Virus record (IMG/VR): IMGVR_UViG_3300026382_000010
Coordinates: 1-64,000 of that record
Direction: 5' to 3' (one strand)
Source of the DNA: a virus
DNA: 64,000 nucleotides
Below, in pieces: positions 56,018 to 64,000 of the stretch. A program made the translations under genes and the position numbers. Each line of letters begins with the position of its first letter. Positions within the stretch are counted from its first letter, which is position 1. The notes beneath the pieces were generated by a model. That model saw only the letters and a list, made by a program, of their open reading frames with translations, ran no database searches and had not been told where the DNA came from.

Positions 56018-56821
56018 ATGAAGTTACGTTGTAAGGTAGATTGTAATTTATGTAGGGATCCTGGGGATTTTTACTACGTCCTTAAGGAATTAGAAATCAA
56101 ATCAGTTAATCAATCCGAATTACTATTAAAGTTTGACTCATTTAGGTTATTCAGATTATTTGTGAAAATTGATACGCATAAAGCGGACTTGTATAAATTT
56201 CGCTCAAAAATTTTCGAGTCTTTAATTGCATTTGATCATAAGTTTAAAGAGAATACGTATGCAATAGTTTATACTTTACTACAGCAACTTATTAACATAT
56301 ACGATATTTTAAGCCGACTTATTGTATATTACAATGGTCATATTTGGAATGAATGTGAGTATGCTCAGTCTTCCATTTTTATACGACTGTGTGAATTTGT
56401 ATGTAAACAGATTCGCACTATTCTTGAAAAATGTGGTTTTGAGTCAGATATTTTTAAGGAGCATGTTGAGGAATTATATCTAAAACCATTTCAACTAGTA
56501 TTCAAACATCTAGAGCAGGAACGCCATAAACTTACAGATATTGATTTTTTAGATACACTTGTTACATACATTTTCTACCTTGCAGAATTCTACTTCTATT
56601 GCACTGTGAATTTTGACTTTTACATTAGTAATCTATCCGTCATCTATATTGGACCATCATTTTTATACTTTAAGAAAACATTTGAGATTGATTACGTGCA
56701 ATTCTTTATAGACATATTTACTGCGCGCTTTAAAAACATTGTGATTAAAACTAGCGAATATGATATTCTTACAAAATTGCAAGAATATGAAACTGAAACC
56801 GTTAAAGTTTGTTTAATGTAA
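56018..56821 (+). CDS. Hypothetical protein
   Basis: 267 aa ORF. Confidence 0.6.
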   Translation: MKLRCKVDCNLCRDPGDFYYVLKELEIKSVNQSELLLKFDSFRLFRLFVKIDTHKADLYKFRSKIFESLIAFDHKFKENTYAIVYTLLQQLINIYDILSRLIVYYNGHIWNECEYAQSSIFIRLCEFVCKQIRTILEKCGFESDIFKEHVEELYLKPFQLVFKHLEQERHKLTDIDFLDTLVTYIFYLAEFYFYCTVNFDFYISNLSVIYIGPSFLYFKKTFEIDYVQFFIDIFTARFKNIVIKTSEYDILTKLQEYETETVKVCLM

Positions 56822-56849
56822 AATTAGTAGAAAAAGGAGGGTACTAGTA

Positions 56850-57704
56850 ATGCCTATTAAAGTAAAACATCCTACTTACGAAGTTATAACTCCGGTTTTT
56901 GGAAAAAAGGTACTCGTACGTGGTCTCACATTCAAAGAAGAAATAGCATTGCGTGAATCCGTTACTATGTACAACAAACAAGCATCCTATTTATATCTTC
57001 ATGCAATTTACAATTGCATCGAAAACAAAGAAGTTTATAAAAATGACTTTGAGTACTTTTTAACCCATACAATTGATGATGATCTTGCCGCAATCGTACT
57101 TGGAATTGCAATATTAACCGTACCCGAAAAGAAATTGAGTTTTTCAGTAACTTGTCCCAATTGTAAAAAAGAAAATACATATTCAATACCCTTTGAAAAT
57201 TTGATAACCGATATAAAAGTAAATCAAAACAATGAGCCAATTTTCGATGCAAAATCCGTAATTTCACTCCCCGAAAGAGATATCGAAATCAGTGTATCCT
57301 TCCCAAATTATAAGAAAGCTATTATAATAAATGACATTATAGGTACGCTTTCGTCAGATAAAAGCCTTTGGCCTAAATACAATATAACCGAAATCAATTT
57401 ACCTCTAATTACAACTGCATTACTTCAATGCTTAATTATTGATGGGGTAAAACAGATATCTACTGGCGAATCTGTTACAATTAGCTGGAATCAAGAAGAT
57501 CCAAATTTCTTAGATACCATAATGGAATTAGTTAAAGTTATCGCTGAATTTGATGCTGAAATCTTGGAAAAGGTAAACTCTTGGGCACCTTTAAACAAAT
57601 ACTACTTAAAGATGGAGTTTAAGGCAAATTGTAAAAATTGTAATCATGCGTTACAGGGGGATCTAAAATCCACTGTTATAAATCTTTTTCGTCCAGGATC
57701 TTAA
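56850..57704 (+). CDS. T4 gp26-like baseplate hub / tail assembly chaperone
   Basis: PTYEV..P...V..R.LT.KEE, CPNC, CKNC, ends NLFRP. Confidence 0.8.
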   Translation: MPIKVKHPTYEVITPVFGKKVLVRGLTFKEEIALRESVTMYNKQASYLYLHAIYNCIENKEVYKNDFEYFLTHTIDDDLAAIVLGIAILTVPEKKLSFSVTCPNCKKENTYSIPFENLITDIKVNQNNEPIFDAKSVISLPERDIEISVSFPNYKKAIIINDIIGTLSSDKSLWPKYNITEINLPLITTALLQCLIIDGVKQISTGESVTISWNQEDPNFLDTIMELVKVIAEFDAEILEKVNSWAPLNKYYLKMEFKANCKNCNHALQGDLKSTVINLFRPGS

Positions 57705-57996
57705 GAATTTTGAAACTACTTTATTTGCAGAAGTTTTATACTTTTTGGGAGTGGATCCTACGTTTCTATATAAGCTTCCGCGAAAGAAAATTGTTAAAAT
57801 TATGGAGAAAATTTACAAATTTGAAAAACAGTTTAAATTCATTGCTTCTAAAATGGCAGATCGGTACATTCTTTTACAAGATGGTACACTTGAAGCTGGT
57901 GAAGATGTAAGCGATATACAAAGAAAGCTATCGCAAGTTGAAACCGTATCAAATCACTTCAAGAAATTTGAAAGGAGAATTCCTAAGAAAGAATGA
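57688..57996 (+). CDS. gp51-like downstream domain, probably expressed by +1 frameshift from the gp26-like gene
   Basis: Frame open from 57682, no RBS-linked start, CTT TTT CGT site at 57684-57692. Confidence 0.55.
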   Translation, partial: FVQDLKNFETTLFAEVLYFLGVDPTFLYKLPRKKIVKIMEKIYKFEKQFKFIASKMADRYILLQDGTLEAGEDVSDIQRKLSQVETVSNHFKKFERRIPKKE

Positions 57997-58394
57997 TAGA
58001 TCTTCAGCCTTTCATTCAACCAAATGCAGTAGATTTGCAATGTCTTACTGATTATACTCAATTTATCGTAAGGGATATTTTAACTCTACTTACATATCCA
58101 AAGGGTGCTAAAATTTACGATCGTCTTTTCGGTTCCGAAGTTTTAAATAGAGTATTTGACAATCTAGATGACTTACTACGAAAACAACTTGAATCCGATT
58201 TGACTTATGCATTATCACAAAGTCAAATTTTTGACTTAGTAAATGTAATTGTAAAGCGCATTGAAAATAAAGAATTATATGCTGAAATTACGCTGAAGTT
58301 AAAAACAAAGGATTTAACTTATCGAATCCTTTTGAAAATTGCTGACAAATACGTATCTATACTAAATATCGAAAAAGTACTCGGGGTACTCTAA
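57993..58394 (+). CDS. gp25-like baseplate wedge protein
   Basis: ILTLLTYPKGAKIYDRLFGS...FD. Confidence 0.85.
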   Translation: MIDLQPFIQPNAVDLQCLTDYTQFIVRDILTLLTYPKGAKIYDRLFGSEVLNRVFDNLDDLLRKQLESDLTYALSQSQIFDLVNVIVKRIENKELYAEITLKLKTKDLTYRILLKIADKYVSILNIEKVLGVL

Positions 58395-58397
58395 AAT

Positions 58398-59312
58398 ATG
58401 ATTTTCAATCCACTTGATTATCAACTAGACTATTTAAAAGCATTGCATTTGATTTATAGTGCATTTCCAGCTCCTATTAAATGTCAGTATTTCCAAGCGC
58501 AAATGCAACCTAACCTAACAACTCAAACTTCACTATATTCTCATGAACTCGACTCCTACTCAAGCTTGCGCTATTTACAATTTGTAGACTTACCAGTATA
58601 TATGATTGATTCTGGATACACAAAAACTCAAGAAGCAAATGAAACTGGAGTAATTTTCCGTCAAGATGAAATTAACATAGTTTTTCCATCTCATTTTGGT
58701 ATTGAGCCTACAAATGCTGATAAGATTGCTTTCACAAGCGTTAATCATAATCGCTTGTTTAAAGTAGTAAATATTCAAATTTCAAATTTCTTTGAAAAAG
58801 CTCCATTACGTTTCTACCGTCTAACTCTACAGGTTGATAAATACGAAATATCTAAAATTTTTGAACGTGTAGATAAAAAGTACATTTTAAACTATGACGT
58901 TTGGTACTTTTTTGAAGAGTCCAAGTTCAAACGATATACGGCATTTTTAAATTTTCTCGACACATGTCTAAAGGCTTTAGATATGCAGGTTGATGAATGC
59001 GTTAACAATGTACTTGCATATTTATATGAGCAATACAAAGTAATCTGGAATATATTACTTGCAAAATACATGTACAATAATTTCCAACTTTTAAGCTATG
59101 ACTCATTAAATCCATGTATCTTGATTCTTAGGGGATTACCAAGTGATGATCCAAATGCTTTAACCTTTAAGCAGTACTTGGAAGATCGTAAAATACAGGC
59201 AACTAAAGATGGACAAATACCATCATTGACAAGCAATGATAAATTCTACTTACTTGCATGTACATATTATGCATTTCAATATTTAGATACGCTATTAAAA
59301 AATCCAAGGTAG
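58398..59312 (+). CDS. Virion structural protein (jumbo-phage type)
   Basis: SLRY...DLPVY...IEP...D.I.F...LFKV..I...FYRL pattern; structural context. Confidence 0.55.
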   Translation: MIFNPLDYQLDYLKALHLIYSAFPAPIKCQYFQAQMQPNLTTQTSLYSHELDSYSSLRYLQFVDLPVYMIDSGYTKTQEANETGVIFRQDEINIVFPSHFGIEPTNADKIAFTSVNHNRLFKVVNIQISNFFEKAPLRFYRLTLQVDKYEISKIFERVDKKYILNYDVWYFFEESKFKRYTAFLNFLDTCLKALDMQVDECVNNVLAYLYEQYKVIWNILLAKYMYNNFQLLSYDSLNPCILILRGLPSDDPNALTFKQYLEDRKIQATKDGQIPSLTSNDKFYLLACTYYAFQYLDTLLKNPR

Positions 59313-59315
59313 TAG

Positions 59316-61199
59316 ATGGCATTAACTACTGATACTTTTATCAAACAGTATATCGATTACGTTAATAATGCTGATTCCTCGTTAACTCTTGATTTTATCC
59401 TATCACAATATCCTGAATACTACAAATCCTTTAAGTTTGCAAATGTTTTAGCAGAATTTCTTGCAAAACGAAGTGTTGGTATTATAAATTATGCGACATC
59501 CTATTTTGAGCCTTCCTATTTAACAGGTAAAAACTTTCTCAAAACTATGTCATTTTTATACATTGATTACCTTTTTGATGTTGAAGCAGTTGATATCTTA
59601 CAACAACGAATGGTTTATCAAATTAGACATCTATTTTCAAGGCTTGCAATTAATGAGCTTATAGAAAATATCCTGTCAATTTTAAAAGTCTATCAATTGA
59701 TATGTGATCAAGTTGTTTTAGTTAACAAAGATCCAATAACGTTTGTAACAAAAGATACTGGTTTGCTACTTGATACAAACACCGTTTTAAAAAGACTTCG
59801 CTTGGATCCTAAGGTTATCGAGCAACTAACAGTACCTACATTTACATCCTTATACTTTATCGGGAAAATTGAGTATGTAAAAGAAATCCGTACGGAGTTA
59901 TTTTTTCTCAATACATTGGCATATGTTGCATACTACAACTATAAACGCCACGGTATACTAGAGAAAACTTTACAGCCTTTTACAGAAACAAACGAACTCT
60001 ACTCGTTTTTAGAAATTTATTTGGCTCGTCAGTTTATTTTACATTTGATAGGCGTAAATGTCGATTTTCAGCAATTTTTACTACTAACTGAAGACAATGA
60101 GTATTTAATTTCGGAGTACATTAAATATACATATGCTGGCTACTTTACAACTCCAGAGATTAGAGATAAAGTAGTTCAATTATGCGTTGAATATGTAAAA
60201 CAACGTATTTTCGAATATTTAGATTTTCGTACTTATTTGCAAGAACATGTAGAGCTTGATCCATTACTTGAAAAATTTGCAAGCAAGTTTTATGAAGAAT
60301 GTAAAGGTTTTAAGATTTTAGAGCATGCGGCGTATTTCGCCGCAACTACATTTTACGATAGGTATACTACACAATTAGGATTTGAAGAAAATCTAACGGA
60401 AAAGTTTAATGAGTTTGTTAGTTATTATACTGTTGATTTAACCAAAACTCATAAAGAAGAATTTGAAGTTTTTACCAACTTTGAGTTGTTAAAAGAAATC
60501 AATTACGACTTGTATCTCATTACCGTAAACATAGCATATTACACATATGTAGTAAAACAGTTTCCAGAAAGTGAGTGTTTTAAATTCATTGCCACATTAA
60601 TTGACGCGATAAACTACTATTTAATTCAACTTAAATACGAAAAATGTCTTCTTACGAACTACTATAATTTTAAAGAGTCAATTGCTAGTTTCTTGCAAAT
60701 TTATCGTAAGATTTTTCCATATTATGTAACTTTTTATTCCGACGAGTCTATATATTTGCAATTTGAGTCGGTATTTGAAACTTTGAACATTACGGATTTA
60801 CAAAGAGCTTTAACTATTTTAATTTACCCATTTGAAAGACTTCCCCTTCAAGAACATTGCGAAAAACTAATTGAGAAATACAACAATACTTTTTACGCAT
60901 ATTTAGATCGCATCATTTGTTATCTTCCTTACACCGGGGTAATTTATTACGATCAATCTAAATTTGTATACAACTGGACTCTAGATGGTGTAAAGCCAGA
61001 TTCTAGTGCAATTGATAATACAAAGTGTCAATCGTTTAATACAATTTACGAAGATATTATTTTGGGAGAGTATAGCGACTGGATTTTATTTGAAGAGTTT
61101 GGATTGTTTAAAGATATGAGCGTTGACTATAGTATTAAAACTTTTGATTCAAATGGAACTCTTTTAAAGGAAGTAACTTATACACGAACCAGAATCTAA
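59316..61199 (+). CDS. Putative baseplate/structural protein
   Basis: 627 aa between baseplate and sheath genes. Confidence 0.5.
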   Translation: MALTTDTFIKQYIDYVNNADSSLTLDFILSQYPEYYKSFKFANVLAEFLAKRSVGIINYATSYFEPSYLTGKNFLKTMSFLYIDYLFDVEAVDILQQRMVYQIRHLFSRLAINELIENILSILKVYQLICDQVVLVNKDPITFVTKDTGLLLDTNTVLKRLRLDPKVIEQLTVPTFTSLYFIGKIEYVKEIRTELFFLNTLAYVAYYNYKRHGILEKTLQPFTETNELYSFLEIYLARQFILHLIGVNVDFQQFLLLTEDNEYLISEYIKYTYAGYFTTPEIRDKVVQLCVEYVKQRIFEYLDFRTYLQEHVELDPLLEKFASKFYEECKGFKILEHAAYFAATTFYDRYTTQLGFEENLTEKFNEFVSYYTVDLTKTHKEEFEVFTNFELLKEINYDLYLITVNIAYYTYVVKQFPESECFKFIATLIDAINYYLIQLKYEKCLLTNYYNFKESIASFLQIYRKIFPYYVTFYSDESIYLQFESVFETLNITDLQRALTILIYPFERLPLQEHCEKLIEKYNNTFYAYLDRIICYLPYTGVIYYDQSKFVYNWTLDGVKPDSSAIDNTKCQSFNTIYEDIILGEYSDWILFEEFGLFKDMSVDYSIKTFDSNGTLLKEVTYTRTRI

Positions 61200-61219
61200 C
61201 AGTTATTAGGAGGAATGCT

Positions 61220-61966
61220 ATGTATTTTAAAGGCGAAGTTATTAGAAAAATATATGAAAACGGAAAACTCTTAGATGTAAGACATGAAAAGAACTTAATT
61301 GTACAAGTAGCAAATGAATTAGCATTAGTGAAGTTTACCCTTGGGCCATTAACTCAACCTGCAAATTCTCTAGTACCTCCAACTGTTTGGGAAAAAGCAG
61401 ACAACTACAGAATCATTTTATTTGGAGCAGGTACTGATAATTCTTCGCAAGTATTATTATCTTCATCAGATTCATCAAGTTCATCTACTTCAAGCGATAC
61501 TACAACTGATTCAAATGCGAGTTCCACTACAACAAATACTACAAGTACAGAAACATCAAGTAGCGAAAGTACAGTTACTACCGCATCTGCATATACTTTA
61601 ACAAAATTAATTTCTCCATTACCATTTAAAGCATCTGACGATACTTCAATTGATACTTCAATTTACTACAAAGATCCCGAAATGCCCGATTTAGGATATA
61701 TCTACAAACGCATTGGAACTTATCAAATTGTAACAGATGATACTTTAGGACCAGTTATAACTGAATTCCAAATAAAAGTAGAAACTGACGATATTTCTTA
61801 CGATCCAACAATTGCAACGTCAATTGGTGAATGGGGATTATTTATGGCTTATCCCGATGACATTACTGGATATCCAATTGTATTATTCTCTAGACTTATT
61901 GAGCCTGAGCCAATTCCAAAGAATGATTCAATTGCAATTGAATTAACATGGCGTGTAAGATTCTAA
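61220..61966 (+). CDS. Baseplate/tail-collar-type protein with Ser/Thr-rich insertion
   Basis: KNLIV, FGAGT, IGEWGLF, LFSR, K...IELTWRVRF. Confidence 0.7.
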   Translation: MYFKGEVIRKIYENGKLLDVRHEKNLIVQVANELALVKFTLGPLTQPANSLVPPTVWEKADNYRIILFGAGTDNSSQVLLSSSDSSSSSTSSDTTTDSNASSTTTNTTSTETSSSESTVTTASAYTLTKLISPLPFKASDDTSIDTSIYYKDPEMPDLGYIYKRIGTYQIVTDDTLGPVITEFQIKVETDDISYDPTIATSIGEWGLFMAYPDDITGYPIVLFSRLIEPEPIPKNDSIAIELTWRVRF

Positions 61967-62022
61967 TTTGACATACAATTAGAATTTTAGTTTGAATACG
62001 TAGAAGTGGAGGCGCATATAAT

Positions 62023-64000
62023 ATGGATATGATATCCCCAGGTGTTTACGTACGAATTACAGATTTATCAACATATTTACAAGAGATTCCAGGTACAATA
62101 GGGTTTATTCCATTTTTAAGTGAACGTGGTGAAGATAACGTAATGTTATTTGCATCAAGCATTGATTTACCTGTATACTTTGGAGAACCAAACCTCCATA
62201 AATACGGACAAGGACTATATAACGCTATCAACTATAAGAAGGCATCTACCTGGCTTTACGTAATGAGAGTATTACCAGTTCAAGAAAATATTCCTGAAGA
62301 CTATGCTCACCCTGTAGTGAGCGGTGAAGTTCTTCCAGCACCTACTTTTGCTCATATGACTTTAGGTGTAGTATATCAAACTGACTCAAATGGAAATCTT
62401 GACAGAGTTGCTCCATTTGTAAGATACTTTGATCCACTTTATGGAGTACCAGAAGATCCAGATGCAACACTCGACTTAGATGAACAATTTGGATATGTTA
62501 CAAAATCCATTTCTGCAACTACAATTAGAACTGACGATATCGACTTAGAATACAACCCACTTATTGTAAAAACTGATACAACAATTCCTGCACTTTTAAC
62601 TGAAACCAACTGGGAAGAACTCAAAATCGACGCAATCTTAGATCCAAGCAACGGATTTACTGATAAATATTTCCCTGGTTATACAGATCCATCTTCTTAC
62701 TGGTATAACTTTAATCCAGCTGCAGACTCTTTCAAACCACTATTTGTAATTTACGGGGTTGGAAGAGGACCTTGGTATAACTCACTTAGAATTGGAATTA
62801 TACCAGATGTAACAAATCCAGGTTATTACAAAGTTACTGTATTTAGATATGATGATACAACAAATACACTTTCTCCAATTGAAGGTCCATTTGTAGTATC
62901 CTTCGATCCAAAAGATACAGACTACTCTGGAGAATCCATCTACATCGGTTATGTACTTAATAAATACTCTAAATACGTAAGAATTCAAGTAAACGCTGAT
63001 AATTTAAAATGGGCTGTTGAAACTCCAGATCCTAAGGATCCAAACAAGAGAATTATTGATAGAGTATTAGAGCCATTTTATGAATACAATCCAGGATCTC
63101 CATTCCCTAACGAGAGAGTACTTATTGAACTTAGAAACGGTTCATTTGGAGCATTATACGACGAAAAAGGTAGACTTGATCAAGTTGTATTTGCAAATGC
63201 AATGAACTACGCACTTTCTGGATATTTTGATGATAGAGTTGTAGATATTTACGATAACGACATTTCCTTAATCTTTGACGCAGGGTATCCTCTTAACATC
63301 AAACTTAAAATACTCGACTACGTTTTAACAAGAGGAGACTGTTTTGCAGTAATTGACTTACCTAGATCTAAAGATCCTGATGAAGCAGTAACTATCAGAA
63401 ATAATGAAATGGCATCCTTCAACCACTGGCAAGCAGCAATTTATGCACCATATTCCAAAATCTATAGTGAACATGAAGGAAAAGAATTATGGGTAGCTCC
63501 ATCTTATCATATGGCTTACGTAATTCCAAGAAGTGATAAGATGGGTGAATTATGGTTTGCTCCTGCAGGATTTAACAGAGGTACATTCCAATGTCTCGAA
63601 TTACAATACGTAGTTAAAAATGCAGACTTAGATAGATGGTACCTCAATCAAATCAACCCACTTACAAAAAGAATGGGAACTTATGTAGTTTGGGGTAACT
63701 TAACCTCTCAAAGAAAACCATCTGCATTACAAAACGTAAACATTGCAAGACTTGTATTATATATTGCAAAATCCTTAAGAAAATTCTGTGAATACTTCAT
63801 TTTTGAACAAAACGATCCAACTACATGGCAACAAATTGAAGCCGGAATTAGATCATTCCTTGCAGAAATTCAAGCAAGACGTGGTTTAGAGCTATTCAAC
63901 GTAACTGTTGGAGCTACAGAATACGAAAAGAAACAAAAAATGGCTCATGCTACAATTTTACTTGTACCTGTAAGACCATTGGAAAAAATTCTTCTCGACT
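62023..64000 (+). CDS. Contractile tail sheath protein (partial, runs off right edge)
   Basis: Not in ORF track. GGAGG RBS; MDMISPGVYVRITDLS, WFAPAGFNRG, QINP, VWGNLT, NIARL, FEQND..TW. Confidence 0.95.
   Translation, partial: MDMISPGVYVRITDLSTYLQEIPGTIGFIPFLSERGEDNVMLFASSIDLPVYFGEPNLHKYGQGLYNAINYKKASTWLYVMRVLPVQENIPEDYAHPVVSGEVLPAPTFAHMTLGVVYQTDSNGNLDRVAPFVRYFDPLYGVPEDPDATLDLDEQFGYVTKSISATTIRTDDIDLEYNPLIVKTDTTIPALLTETNWEELKIDAILDPSNGFTDKYFPGYTDPSSYWYNFNPAADSFKPLFVIYGVGRGPWYNSLRIGIIPDVTNPGYYKVTVFRYDDTTNTLSPIEGPFVVSFDPKDTDYSGESIYIGYVLNKYSKYVRIQVNADNLKWAVETPDPKDPNKRIIDRVLEPFYEYNPGSPFPNERVLIELRNGSFGALYDEKGRLDQVVFANAMNYALSGYFDDRVVDIYDNDISLIFDAGYPLNIKLKILDYVLTRGDCFAVIDLPRSKDPDEAVTIRNNEMASFNHWQAAIYAPYSKIYSEHEGKELWVAPSYHMAYVIPRSDKMGELWFAPAGFNRGTFQCLELQYVVKNADLDRWYLNQINPLTKRMGTYVVWGNLTSQRKPSALQNVNIARLVLYIAKSLRKFCEYFIFEQNDPTTWQQIEAGIRSFLAEIQARRGLELFNVTVGATEYEKKQKMAHATILLVPVRPLEKILLD

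Noticed and set aside
1084-62988. Numerous 60-135 aa antisense or nested ORFs in the track (e.g. 1221..1625, 17116..17406, 35357..35656, 54259..54627, 62046..62988)
   Set aside because: They lie within or opposite longer motif-bearing genes, lack RBSs and have shadow-like composition.
1-64000. tRNA, tmRNA or rRNA genes
   Set aside because: No cloverleaf or T-loop/CCA pattern recognised in the few intergenic gaps; tRNAscan/ARAGORN not run.

Overview
AT-rich segment of a large tailed (contractile, myovirus/jumbo-type) dsDNA phage genome. The host is probably an anaerobic or thermophilic bacterium (inference from strong GGAGG RBSs, K/E/I/Y-rich proteins, class III RNR and Fe-S proteins). Left arm (minus strand): two proteins sharing an N-terminal leader peptide, ATP-dependent DNA ligase, Cas4-like nuclease, RecA/UvsX and a possible RNAP specificity subunit. 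A ~1.6 kb mostly non-coding strand-switch region follows, with degenerate repeats and a GC-rich, highly self-complementary island. An apparently intact IS607 element (TnpA plus a long 564-aa TnpB) precedes an anaerobic ribonucleotide reductase that is split into two genes with its activase between them. Further right: topoisomerase IB, HU-like protein, ThyX, NUDIX, SNF2 helicase, 5'-3' exonuclease, HPRT, endonuclease III and dNMP kinase. A dispersed 7-deazaguanine pathway is present (queD, folE, split gat + queC next to a CCG-domain Fe-S protein), with no DpdA or QueE seen in the window. Virion genes include fibres, PAAR, gp25/gp26-like baseplate proteins with a probable +1 frameshift, and a tail sheath running off the right end. 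No CRISPR array, tRNA or rRNA was recognised. All calls are from motif recognition by eye; no searches were run.
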